From: Paraphysomonas bandaiensis
Taxonomy: Eukaryota; Protista; Chrysophyceae
Length of the DNA: 64,000 bases
Direction of reading: 5' to 3'
Assembly (NCBI GenBank): GCA_965644295.1
Contig: CBFFRP010000164.1
Span: forward strand, 1-64,000
In this document: in pieces, positions 1-10,697 of the stretch
Position numbering within the stretch: the first letter of the stretch is position 1
How the letters are laid out: each line of letters opens with the position of its first letter
Translations under genes and position numbers: made by a program
Notes under the pieces: generated by a model
What the model saw: only the letters and a program-made list of their open reading frames with translations
Told to the model about the DNA's origin: nothing
Database searches by the model: none

Positions 1-412
1 TGTAGAAAAAGCATCATACGGTATGCTGCACACTCACATACATGTTGGTCCATTGTAATACAGTAGCAGTACTCTGAATACGCAGTATTCAACGGCTAAT
101 TTACAAACTGGCGAGTGTGGTGTGTGGTGTCATCGCGAGTGTGGTGTGTTGTGCTTGTTCTATGTTGCATTGCTTTACAGCTCAGTGTTTTGTTAAGTGT
201 TGTTCTGTTTGTACACTAGTGTTCTGACTTCACTGGAGGTGGGGTTTGCGCGGTGATTCTTGGAGGGAGTCACTAGTACAAGCTTGCAACGCTTGACATA
301 CTGTTTAGAGTAATAATCATCCTGTTCTCCTGCAATCAGACGTACATATAGCTCTGGTTAACTCATTGTGTTTGTTTCTGCTGCACAGCCTTGGTTATCA
401 AACCTGGCTGTG

Positions 413-1400
413 TCATAGAGTGGTCTTGGTACAAAGGGCCCGTCGTAACCCCAGTTGCAGGGGAAGAGGGATTTTCGAGCGGGGGTGGAGTGGTTCCTGG
501 CATGTCGCTGAGCCCGGATCAAGAAGGGATTTCCACCATGTAGGGTCATCCTGGAGCTGTTGTGCTACAGGGTCAAGTCCAGGAGGTTTGGCATGATGTT
601 CACGGAAGTGCGCATTAATGCCTTCATGAATGTCTTGCGGTGTTGTGAGGATGTGTCCGTCAGTTGTTTTCACCGTGGTAAGTCGGAGTGGTGTTTTGAC
701 CTTGAGACCAATTTTCTGAAGAATTGCTTGAAGTCTTTTCTGCTGTAGCAGTGCCTCCATCTGATTGGTGCGAGCCGTGAGTCTAGTCCGCATTTCTGTC
801 CTGGCTCTTCCATGAAGAAGTCCTCTCAGTCGCAAGGCAATTCGGAGAAGGTTTTTCTTGGTGGCTTGCTTTTCGTTCCAACCCAGGATTACTCGTGGGT
901 CCGCGTTGCGATGGCTGCACCAGAAGTTGATGTCTGATATGCCTTTGATGTGACCCTGAGAACTCCTGAGATAGGAGTCCCATCGGATGAACCATGCAGT
1001 GATGATTTCGTGGGTGGGGGTGGTTGCCGGGGGGCCGCGCCATCCATGCCGTTTGTATCCGGCAGAATTGAACATCTTTTGGATAATCCGCAAAACCATG
1101 ATCATTCCTTCCTGTATTACTCTCATTTCCGGGGAAAAGCCATTCTTGAACTTTGAGCGTTTGCGCTGACAACGTTCGTGTAGTCGTGTGCTATAAGTAC
1201 ATGCAGGACGCTTCGCTTCAAGCGAAGCCTGGAGGGTTATGTGATGGATGGCCGCTAGTCTGTTGGCTGCCACCTCAGGAGGGAGTATGGCAGACGATCC
1301 GTTGTCTAAATGTGGTAGTTGTGCATGAAGTTGGAGGAGTCTTGCGGTGTATGCCTGTACTTCCTTGGAGTCCTTCGGGTTTACATTGAGACGGGGGGAT
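413..1400 (-). pseudogene. LINE polyprotein part 2 (APE-to-RT linker), frameshifted and ending before any RT
   Basis: Removing one G from G6 at 1393-1398 joins ...HLRIP to RLNVNPKDSKEVQAY.... The frame stops at 413 and no RT motifs were seen in 1-412. Confidence 0.75.
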
Positions 1401-4400
1401 TCGGAGGTGCGACTCAGGTGGTCGAGGGTCAAGATTGACTGGTACAGTGAAACCGACCCAGACCGGTCGATGATCGAAGGCTGCTGCGAGTAGTGAGGGG
1501 GAGTCAAGGCAGCCAGTGTCCGTAACAGACATGTTCGGAAGTAACGGCGTGTGTAGAATATGATCGATCCGCGATATTCCTTTGTCTAATCTGTGGAAGG
1601 TATGATATGTTTTCCTGGGTAGGAGAAGCTCATGGAGTGGTGCAGCCAGTTGGAGTTTGTCGGCAAGTGGTCGTATGTCTCTGCCTTTCGGATTTGTCTC
1701 CATGGAGCCATTGAAGTCGCCGGCGACAATGACAGTATGGTCCTTGGCTCTGGCTTTAGTGACCCATTTCGTAAGGATGTTGCATAGGAGCTTGTAGGGG
1801 TCAGCAGTACAGATACCACGGGACGCTCTCCCTAGCTTGGTCAATTTGCTCCATAATGTGCAAGAGCCTGGCGTGGATGGCTTCGGGGGTAGATAGACGC
1901 TTATTAGTACTAGGGTGTGCGCCACCGACGTTTTGAACTCTAGTCGGCTCACTAAACCAAGTCCCGTAAAGTCAGCCTTTGTGAAGGCGAGACGGCGCTT
2001 CCAGTATTCGCTGATTATGACTACTGTACCCCCCATTAGTGGGTCTCTTGAAGTCAGTTTTGGCTGCTTGCTGAGGAAGAGGCATATTCTTGATCCCTGG
2101 ATTGCATCTTCTATGATACGTGTGAAGAAGTTGGCCTGAGTTTCTGTTAGACGGACATCCTGTAATAGGAGCACGTCCAATTTTTGCCGCTTAAAGTGTC
2201 GGATGATAGCTTGGACTTTGCCTGTGTGAGATGCCGGATTGCCATTTGTGTTCCATGTGGAGAGTCGGAGTCCCATGGCTGCTCCCGAGGGAGCCTTGGG
2301 GATGCTGCTGGAGGTCTCTGTAGGAGTTCCACTCTTGTCTGCAAGGAGTCTGTCCCATACTGCTTTATTGGCACCGCCTATGTCGCTGTCGTACGCAGCC
2401 CTGGCTTGGATTAATATCTCAAGTGGCCAGCGTTGATCACACCAGTAATGATGCCCGTAGTTGATGAGAAGTTCTTCATCCTTAGCAATGGGACGTATTG
2501 TACGGACATAGAGGCATTTATTTTTCGTGACAAACTTGACATTAGCCATGTTTGTGGCTAGGGGGTCATTAATATACCCAGCTTCGCATGTTACACATTG
2601 TCGGACTTGGTCAAAGCCATCTATTGCGAAGGTACCAGTACTGTCTTGAACTATGTAATCAGAACGCCTTGCAGACTGACTCAGCTTTGTTAGTGGATAG
2701 CGTTTGCCTTTGTACTCAGCAATGATGACGTCTGCTGGGAATGTGTTCTTCGCATAAAGGGATAGTCCTTTGGCAGTGTTATCGGCGTACGCAATGTAGA
2801 ACTTTCTTGACCAGTCCTTGTCCCAGCTGGTGGTATCAAGTGCTGGAGTTGGTCTGATCGTTCGTGTGGTCGTGGATTGGTGTGAGTTGTGAAGGTTCGT
2901 TGGTTGGTCACTTTCATCGTAATTTACGACCTTTTTGGCTTTCCGGGTTGGCTGGCATCGACTTGTCAACGCAGTTTGGGCGTGTTTCAACTGCATCTTC
3001 TTGTGCGATGGTAGTGCTCCAGGGGTTGAAGCCTGCAGAATCTGTCGATTTGTTCGTGCTAACTTGGTGCTGCTGGACGAGGTTGTTCCGGTGCTGGTCG
3101 TCTTTGATGTCCTATTGTTGTTCGTGATTGAGTCCGCGGGAAGTGTAGGTGGAGCGATGGGGTCAGACGTTGAGAGTATACTGGTGGCCAAGGTGTTTTC
3201 AAGAGATAGTAGGGCGTTGTCTAGGGCAGTAGAAAGACCGGCAGGGTCTAAGAGGAAGTAGTGAGCATCTTGTAGTATGACATGGTAGTAGTTATCACGA
3301 ATAGCGTTCCTAAGTTCCTCCACCTTCCATGCGATGTTATAAGCTGCTTTGTCAGTAGGGATGCCTACAATGCTGAGATAATTACCATTTTGCGCCCACG
3401 TCGTGCAGGGGTTGATAGTAGAGGCTAAAAGGTGGACCTCTCGCACTGAGAGCCAGTGAGTTATGTCGTCCTCCGTAGTGTATGTTGTTTTGGCAGGTAT
3501 TAAAAGTGCGGCCTGTGCGTGATCCAACTTATGTCGTAGTGGCTGAAGTGTGTGATGGGCCATGCACTCCCGTTGCATTGTGTCGAACGCTTGGGTGCCT
3601 AATGTATTTATAAAAGATGCTAGCGTGTGACGGTCCTTGCGTTGTTTGAGGTCTAATTTCAGACAGGAGCGAGTGTGTCGCCTGCTTGAAGCAAGAATGT
3701 GCAGATGATAGAGTGTGCTGTATGCGCAGTATCCATCACTTGGGATATGTTGTTGTGTGCGAAGGGCTGAGGGTCTGAGGGTGAGGCGATAGACTCTGCT
3801 CATGTCGCACATATGGAGCCTGAGTTGTCGACGGTCCGTGGGGTTCATCTGCCGTAGTTGACGTCGAGCTCTCGGTGACAAGGAGACTGCAATTACTTCC
3901 CTCTGTTCCTGTTGCTCTCTTTGCTCATGTAGCATAGATGGTACAGTTGACGGTTCAGAAGTCCAGATGATGTTGGTGCTCTGTCTGGAGGTCTGGTGTT
4001 GTAGAAAACAGGATAGCCGCTCCTGAGTTCGTGTTAGAGCGTGCATGATGGAGGTGGGGATATTTGTTGCATTTAGTATGTGAAACCCATGCTGGCTGCG
4101 TATGATGTCATGGGTTACCACAGTGTTGGTAGAAGCGTGCACTGTTAGTGCCTGTCTGGAGAATGGTGATAGCTGTGCCCAACCAGGCGCCAGGTGCGGT
4201 TGAACAGCGTCCCATAGTCTGTATGGTATGGAGAGAAGATCGAGTAGCAGTTGGAAATCCTCCGTGTCTAGATGTAGTCCTGTGTGTGGATTCGAGGATT
4301 CATATTGCATAAGTGTCTTACGGAGAGTGACAGTGGCTGTTGAGGGAATACCCTTTGTCAGGCAAAGGGTCCGCACATGCCTAGATACAACATGAGTGGA

Positions 4401-5954
4401 GTCTGCCCAGGGTTTGTTGCCATTCGCGAGATGCTGGGCAACTAGTAGGGCGCTGTGCGTGGTGTCCAATTTGTGCTCTGGTAGCGTGAATGATATCATG
4501 AGATCATAGTTGTCCGTCCTGGAAGCCTTGGCTATGAATCCTTCCCATATGTCTAAACAGGCAGGGGATAGCATGTGTGCGTATATTTCTTTTAAAAGGT
4601 TTCCCTGTGGGGAGGCAGCAATAGTTTGGGTTTCATCATATCTAACCCAGTTGTTCAGCAGATCGGAGTGAAAGGGCGTGTGACCCCGGCCCTCTGTGTA
4701 GTGTAGGGGGTATGTGGCAATATCCTTGGGCAGTACATCCGGCCTGAGGTCAGGAGTGGTAGTGGAGAGTGAGGATGGGCCGTCTGGGGCTAATGCTGGA
4801 GTTCCCATGGTGTTCAGTTGAGTAAGGTTGGTGGTAGGTGGCTTCCGTTTGACTGGGAAATAGTCAAATAACGTTGCATACGGTGTGGTGGCATCCTTAG
4901 TGGGTAAGGGTAATGTGTGGGTGGATTTGCTAGGTCCGTCACCGCTGTTATCGGAGGAGAATTCCTTCCCCTGAAGGGCGTGGGAGGGATGGTTGATGGA
5001 CCTGGCACGGTGGACTCCTTGCATTCCCTTGGAATGACATTGCAACACATTTTGGAGACGCATGATGACGAGGTCAGGAATTCTCTCGAGTAGCGCGTGT
5101 AGTTCCAACTCCACCGGGTATTTGGTGTCCAGGAAGAAGTGATCGTTGGAGCAAAACACATCATAAGATGGAAGGAATTGAGTTTGTGGAAGGAAGGAGG
5201 AATAGTGGGTGGACCAGTTCGCCCAGTAAGGGAGAGGCGATAGTTTGTCTGGGGGTTTTCTAGGAGGAGGTAGAGTGTACTGTGTGTGTGTATGACACTG
5301 CAGTGGTGTTATGAGTGTGTTGGACAGTGAGAGAGAGCTGGTGATGTGTCCAACAGTACAGGTAGACAGGTACATGGACATGGTGATGTGTCCAACAGTA
5401 CAGGTAGACAGGTACATGGACATGGTGATGTGTCCAACAGTACAGGTAGACAGGTACATGTATATGGTGATGTGTCCAACAGCAGTAGAGGTATACACGG
5501 AATGGTATACATCCTGTAGGACACAGTAGTACAGTAGTCGAGTATACCGTATGCGGAATACAGTGTCTATCCAATGAGATGGATGGGCTATGGGGGTGAT
5601 AGGTGAACAGGGTGAGGGGGTAGCCTGCTGGGTGGATGGACCACAGACAAACCATGTTGGGTTGGGTTGAGTGGGCGGCAGAAGGCAGCCCTGTTGCACA
5701 GTTGAGAGGGATCGAGAGTATTCAGTGATTGCATAGGGGGTCCATGGGGGTCGTTTTCGTGAGCCTGCTCGCACGAGCCATGTTCTGAGAGGTTGTAGCC
5801 GTAGAAAGCGATGGGTGAGACGAAGTTGTCTGCTGAGGGGATAGCACGTAGGTGCGGTCAGCGCTGCATTGGTGCAGGCACGTGGTTTAACTGAAGTAGT
5901 TGAGTAGGGTGAAGGTTGCAAGGCCAGGCAGGGGGCTTGGAGCGTGTACAACAT
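1275..5954 (-). CDS. LINE polyprotein part 1: OTU-like protease (~3250-3750), SET domain (~2440-2790), APE endonuclease (~1455-2275)
   Basis: OTU: IPSDGYC ... HWLSVREV ... DAHYF. SET: KGLSLYA, IAEYKG, AGYINDP, IAKDEELLINYGHHYW. APE: STWNTNG, LLLQD, SVYLPP, AGDFNG, SRIDHI, FDHRPV. The true start may lie downstream of 5954. Confidence 0.85.
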   Translation of the reverse strand: MLYTLQAPCLALQPSPYSTTSVKPRACTNAALTAPTCYPLSRQLRLTHRFLRLQPLRTWLVRAGSRKRPPWTPYAITEYSRSLSTVQQGCLLPPTQPNPTWFVCGPSTQQATPSPCSPITPIAHPSHWIDTVFRIRYTRLLYYCVLQDVYHSVYTSTAVGHITIYMYLSTCTVGHITMSMYLSTCTVGHITMSMYLSTCTVGHITSSLSLSNTLITPLQCHTHTQYTLPPPRKPPDKLSPLPYWANWSTHYSSFLPQTQFLPSYDVFCSNDHFFLDTKYPVELELHALLERIPDLVIMRLQNVLQCHSKGMQGVHRARSINHPSHALQGKEFSSDNSGDGPSKSTHTLPLPTKDATTPYATLFDYFPVKRKPPTTNLTQLNTMGTPALAPDGPSSLSTTTPDLRPDVLPKDIATYPLHYTEGRGHTPFHSDLLNNWVRYDETQTIAASPQGNLLKEIYAHMLSPACLDIWEGFIAKASRTDNYDLMISFTLPEHKLDTTHSALLVAQHLANGNKPWADSTHVVSRHVRTLCLTKGIPSTATVTLRKTLMQYESSNPHTGLHLDTEDFQLLLDLLSIPYRLWDAVQPHLAPGWAQLSPFSRQALTVHASTNTVVTHDIIRSQHGFHILNATNIPTSIMHALTRTQERLSCFLQHQTSRQSTNIIWTSEPSTVPSMLHEQREQQEQREVIAVSLSPRARRQLRQMNPTDRRQLRLHMCDMSRVYRLTLRPSALRTQQHIPSDGYCAYSTLYHLHILASSRRHTRSCLKLDLKQRKDRHTLASFINTLGTQAFDTMQRECMAHHTLQPLRHKLDHAQAALLIPAKTTYTTEDDITHWLSVREVHLLASTINPCTTWAQNGNYLSIVGIPTDKAAYNIAWKVEELRNAIRDNYYHVILQDAHYFLLDPAGLSTALDNALLSLENTLATSILSTSDPIAPPTLPADSITNNNRTSKTTSTGTTSSSSTKLARTNRQILQASTPGALPSHKKMQLKHAQTALTSRCQPTRKAKKVVNYDESDQPTNLHNSHQSTTTRTIRPTPALDTTSWDKDWSRKFYIAYADNTAKGLSLYAKNTFPADVIIAEYKGKRYPLTKLSQSARRSDYIVQDSTGTFAIDGFDQVRQCVTCEAGYINDPLATNMANVKFVTKNKCLYVRTIRPIAKDEELLINYGHHYWCDQRWPLEILIQARAAYDSDIGGANKAVWDRLLADKSGTPTETSSSIPKAPSGAAMGLRLSTWNTNGNPASHTGKVQAIIRHFKRQKLDVLLLQDVRLTETQANFFTRIIEDAIQGSRICLFLSKQPKLTSRDPLMGGTVVIISEYWKRRLAFTKADFTGLGLVSRLEFKTSVAHTLVLISVYLPPKPSTPGSCTLWSKLTKLGRASRGICTADPYKLLCNILTKWVTKARAKDHTVIVAGDFNGSMETNPKGRDIRPLADKLQLAAPLHELLLPRKTYHTFHRLDKGISRIDHILHTPLLPNMSVTDTGCLDSPSLLAAAFDHRPVWVGFTVPVNLDPRPPESHLRIPPSQCKPEGLQGSTGIHRKTPPTSCTTTTFRQRIVCHTPS
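5339..5482. repeat. 42-bp tandem repeat, ~3.4 copies, within the LINE 5' region
   Basis: Unit TGGTGATGTGTCCAACAGTACAGGTAGACAGGTACATGGACA starts at 5339, 5381 and 5423, with a partial copy at 5465. It encodes TVGHITMSMYLSTC on the minus strand. Confidence 0.95.
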
Positions 5955-6126
5955 GGTGTGACAGGTAATTTGTCAGAAGCGTGGTGGTCAACAAAATGCA
6001 GCAGTAAGGGAGTGTAAAAGGCCCTGGGCACACTGATGTGACTCAGCCACAGTCTCAATAGAGACATTGGGCTTGGAGCTGGTTAATAGAGTGAAACTTT
6101 ATGTTGGACTGTATTTGCCATCGTAG

Positions 6127-6425
6127 GGCAGAGAATTCTGCATCAAATGATACCTCACCATGAAAATGCCATCAACATGGCAAAATTGCTGTTAAAAACA
6201 GGACCCGACAGTGGTATTAGTTGCCCTCAAGAGCAGCTTGACTGTGATATAGTTGACATGCTCCACGAAATTATCAACAGTCAGAATCATCAGATCACTC
6301 TAATGCGAATGTGGTTAAACGAATATGGATATCCACAACACAATCATTGTAAAAGCATGCCCACATCAAAACGAAAACACGACCATCGCAATTGGTTTTC
6401 ATGGCTTCCACGTCTCTTTCGATAG
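6127..6425 (+). CDS. Last exon of a DUF305 (ferritin-like) protein
   Basis: ILHQMIPHHENAINMAK ... EIINSQNHQITLMRMWL matches the DUF305 helix pair. Candidate acceptor TTTGCCATCGTAG ends at 6126. Confidence 0.75.
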
Positions 6426-6987
6426 ATTGATAAGTGCTTCACTACACCGCCAATAGTCGTTGAAATTCGAAATACAATTGTCAATTGTGTATGTAGTAGG
6501 AATGCAGTGGTTGGCATATGATATATTTCAATACGAATTGATGCTTGTTGAGCTATATCGAATTCGTAATATTTTAGCGACAGAATCTAATTTTTTAATC
6601 AAAACAGCATTACATGATAATAAGTATAAAACTAATAAATCTTAGCTTCCCAAGTTCATATGTACAAGCATCTTACGGACTAATGAGAGATAAACTCTAT
6701 GATTGAATGTGTAGCAGTGTGTAAAATGCTAGTTTCAGTTCTTATGTCAGCCATGGAATCATTTATACACTGACAATTAATAATATTGAGTACGCGATTA
6801 ACACATTCTAGTGGTAGCGATACTTCTTGTTAATTAATCAGAACAGCATTGCCCCTTCTTCTGAATATATAGCCATACGCAAAAAGCAGAGCAGCAATGT
6901 GTGCATTCAGTAAAGTTACCAAACAGACTGCATTTACAAATTCCATTCGAACAGTACGTTCGCTAATAAAACCGCATAAATGCGAGC

Positions 6988-8214
6988 TTACTTCTTTGTG
7001 CCAACAAAGAAGAAAGAAGGTGTAAAGATAGATTCCTTGCCACCATCAACGAGGTCGATAGCAGTGGCATTGAGGAGGGCAGAGATCTTGGTGCTTCCTG
7101 GAGGAGCAATGAAAAGAGTTTCAAGAAGCCACACCATGGCGTGAGTGCAAACACGGCCAATGTGGGTCATACGGAATCCGCTAATAGACATCTTTCCGCT
7201 GAGTGTATCGTACCAAGGAATTTCATGGGGGCTATGAGAGCCGCGGTTAGCGTCATAGAACTCAATATCAGTGAACCCAGCAGCCTTCATGCAACGAACA
7301 ATCTCCTGGTAGTGGACAAGTGTGGGAAGGGCATTTCCGACTTCAATTCCTTCCTTGATGCGGACGTGGTCCTTGTTGCTAGGATCATAGCTATCAAGCA
7401 TCACCCACTCATAACCGGCGAATTTGGCACCTGGTTTCAGCACACGGTAGATGCCGGAAAAGCATTTCACACGGTCAGGAGAGTGGCAAGTAGCCTCAAT
7501 CTCGTATGCAGCATCAAAAGACTCATCAGGGAAGGGAAGCTCTTGGAAATCTCCCTGGACAATTTTGCACTGATCGCCAAGTCCCATATTCGCGTTGTAC
7601 TGGTTGCCAATATTTACTTGGTAGTTGTTAATTGTGATACCCGTCACGCTTGCACCACTGAAAACAGCTATGTTACGCATTGGGCCGCCGACACCACATC
7701 CAACGTCAAGGCATTTCATGCCAGGCTTGAGTCCTACACGAGATGCGAGGTAGTGCTCAGCGCGTTTGATTGATTCCATGAAGGTCTCATTCTTGTAGCG
7801 AGGAGCAAAGTGAAATGACTGACCCCAACCATATTCGTAAAAATCAGTGACGATATTATAAAAGTGGTCAACCATAGTGGCATAGCGCTGCTTTCTCTCT
7901 TCCACAGACTCGGTGGAAGTAATAGCACCAGTCTGCTCGCGGGCTCCACTGAACATACCTTCGTAGTCGTTGATTGTGCTACCAAACTCTCCGCCTTTAA
8001 GAGTATGGTCCTTTCCAGCAAACAACTTATTCACTCCAGTGACACTGTCATAACCATGTCCGGTGCGTTCCACATCGCCACGACGCCTTAGGAGTAAAGC
8101 CCCTGCGAAGAGGGCAGCTGCCGCACCACCACCAACAATGACAACATTGTTCTCGGCGTATTTGACAACATCCTCAACCAATTTATCCACTTTGATGTCT
8201 CTAAGAGCTTCCAT
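6988..8214 (-). CDS. SMT1: Sterol 24-C-methyltransferase (SMT1/ERG6 family), intronless
   Basis: DFYEYGWGQSFHFA, LDVGCGVGGP, IEATCHSP and YEW motifs, plus an N-terminal membrane anchor. Start taken at MEALRD (8214); the ORF is open to 8283. Confidence 0.95.
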   Translation of the reverse strand: MEALRDIKVDKLVEDVVKYAENNVVIVGGGAAAALFAGALLLRRRGDVERTGHGYDSVTGVNKLFAGKDHTLKGGEFGSTINDYEGMFSGAREQTGAITSTESVEERKQRYATMVDHFYNIVTDFYEYGWGQSFHFAPRYKNETFMESIKRAEHYLASRVGLKPGMKCLDVGCGVGGPMRNIAVFSGASVTGITINNYQVNIGNQYNANMGLGDQCKIVQGDFQELPFPDESFDAAYEIEATCHSPDRVKCFSGIYRVLKPGAKFAGYEWVMLDSYDPSNKDHVRIKEGIEVGNALPTLVHYQEIVRCMKAAGFTDIEFYDANRGSHSPHEIPWYDTLSGKMSISGFRMTHIGRVCTHAMVWLLETLFIAPPGSTKISALLNATAIDLVDGGKESIFTPSFFFVGTKK

Positions 8215-10697
8215 TATCCTAACGTGTAATATCTGCAGCAAGTTTGGTGTCGATGACAATGTGACAAGTTGAGATATCATCATGTTGAGCCACTCCTGTA
8301 CATACTCCGGAAGGCAGTGGATGAGTGGTTGTCATGGTTTCACCGTTCACAACATATGAAAAAAAAAGTTACTGCAACAAGCTGTGGATATATTTCCTCA
8401 AATTTTCAATGTACTTTCATAGAAAAATTATAGATGGAAAATATGGAGGTTTTTAATATAAAAGCTGAAAAGGCAATATTTTTTATACTTCAACTTTAGG
8501 AAAAATGAATGTTTGTTTGTCGTCGTGAGTATTGAGAAGGATTTTCAGTGGACATATATATATATATATATTTGCGTTATATATCCATCAATTTTGCTAT
8601 ATTTTGTGTATGTGATGCAATTAGATCTCCTCACTCTCTTCTTACAGGACTCTGTTTTTTATTCCAATAAACAATATACACATATGTACTCTGTTGATAT
8701 GGATACAAAGTGAAACAGTTGTCAAGAGAAACAGCGAGGACTTAATAGCATTGATTCGCCTTCAAGGAGATAGTGAGAATAGCTTGCGACAGAAACTAGT
8801 ATTATTAGGTGGCAGTACACATGTCCTCGTACCAGCTCTATGTTAAGAGGGACCTTACATTGTGAAAGTTTGAGTATACTCAGCGTATTGTGGAATAGTG
8901 TCGTTAAAGTAAAATGAATCAACACCGTATAGTACAGTAGGACTTGTAAACTATACAATTGGAGTCTCTGTAAGAACACGACGTTCTCTAATTGTGTGCG
9001 TTTTCTCAGAGGATATAGCAATCTAATTTTGCTGCGGTAAGTAATCATAATGAGAGTAGCGTAAATAGTCACTGGTTACTATCCGCTGTATTTCAAGAAT
9101 CCAGCGGAAGGTGCAAAAGAATGTAGACGACATAGGAGACATATTAATTATTAGAACATCAGTATGACAACAGAAAATGAATATGTAAGGAGTTAAAAAA
9201 AACGAAAGACACCGTTGTTGCAGTTGATATCTTATCATATTTGGGAGGATATGAGATGGATATTAAGTTGACATTGACCACTTCAAGGTTATGAGAACCC
9301 TAGGCTGAAACTTATATGCGGTAATCGCTGCAGTGTGACATATATGGGAGAGAAAACGACCCCTTCAGTAGAGTAGTACCGCTAAGTAGTGTGTAATGTG
9401 TGTTACAGTATATAGACATGTGTACATATATATAATATATATTACCTGGTAGGGAATACGATGATAGGGTGTATGCAATATTTGGAAATAGATACATGGA
9501 GATATAATAATTCAAAAGTACTTATTGTTAAGTAAGTCTCACATGTTGTAATTTTCTGTTCGCATGGATGGAAGCGGAAAATAAGGCAATCAAAATGACT
9601 CATGGAAGGCGTAGGGAAAACTATATTGCAGAAGCATTATAAGTTGCTTCCAATCAATAATATATATTGAATTGTAGACATACACAAGTAGTGACTCTCA
9701 CTACCTTTGTAACAAAATTCACTGGCACTTTATTTGTTGGTTTCTTCTATTGCACAGAATATAATATAGATATATATCACAGCGTAGTGCAGAGCTGAAC
9801 AAATTTAGTAATCCTTATCAACGAAGAAAATGTCTAGATGACAGATAACAAATAACGAACGGAATAACAAGTAACAGTTCATGACTAATTACATATTATA
9901 AAATATTAAAAGCATTGGAGTAAATATCTCCGCACTACTCTTTGGTCACTCCTCTGCAGTACTCTACGCCTTCAGATAGTAAACCAACCTAAATAAAGGT
10001 CCCCAGAATTCCATCTAATAATATTTTCATGGTATCCCGTACATGCATTAAAGTCATGAGCTTCTTGTCCACTTTCTTTCCCTATCCATTCTTCATCTTG
10101 AGCCATTCTAAAGAAATTCAGGACAGTAAGCTTGTTCATTCGAATATGACAGTCGACAATGAAAGCACTCTACTATCTATTAGGTCATTCATTATTCAAT
10201 ATAATATAATATATTTGATTTTAATGCATATAGTCTTCAGTCTTTGATCTTTGAATCTTATAACGCTTGTAGGAGTGACTATAAAGGAGGTCCCCCCCCC
10301 CCTCCGCCCTGAAAAAGATACACCACATTTTGGAGATGATTGTTGGATACTATTTTTTTAGGGATCAGTGGTGTTTGAGGGATATGGAAATTAGGTGGAT
10401 TCTTGCAAATTCCGCGGTTTTTAGACCTGCCAATTCTCTTCATCTCCGGGACGTTTCCTCGTTTTCTGATGTTCTGTGTGAATACAAAGTTCTGTAGAAA
10501 AAAGATTGTTGATGGGATAATTGTGTATGATCCTATGAGCGAAGTGGTGTGAGGAATGCATGCACATCATACATAAGTATATATATGTCAGTGTTGGCAA
10601 ACAATAGACAATATCTCACATATATATACAACATACATTTCCAGCTCTATAAATATAACTATTTAGATTCGAGCAGCACTGGTTAAACGTAGTCACA

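Larger units (their letters stand above)
111..6090 (-). mobile_element. Non-LTR retrotransposon (APE-type LINE), internally deleted (no RT), carrying OTU-like and SET domains; ends approximate
   Basis: Long minus-strand ORF with APE motifs, followed by a typical basic linker in a second frame (413..1507). Strong strand skew and higher GC than the flanks. A 15-bp direct repeat lies at the presumed 3' tail (111-125, 135-149). Confidence 0.85.

Noticed and set aside
5339-5482. CRISPR-like array (also considered for 16111-16290 and 62454-62608)
   Set aside because: Head-to-tail repeats without unique spacers, no cas genes, eukaryotic context.
7141-7773. 210-aa plus-strand ORF and other antisense ORFs within SMT1, the LINE and the cyclase gene
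   Set aside because: Shadows of well-supported genes on the opposite strand, with no motifs.
8720-9540. Possible decayed gene or TE; GGTTATGAG at ~9287 resembles a Copia PBS
   Set aside because: No recognisable protein motif or paired LTR.
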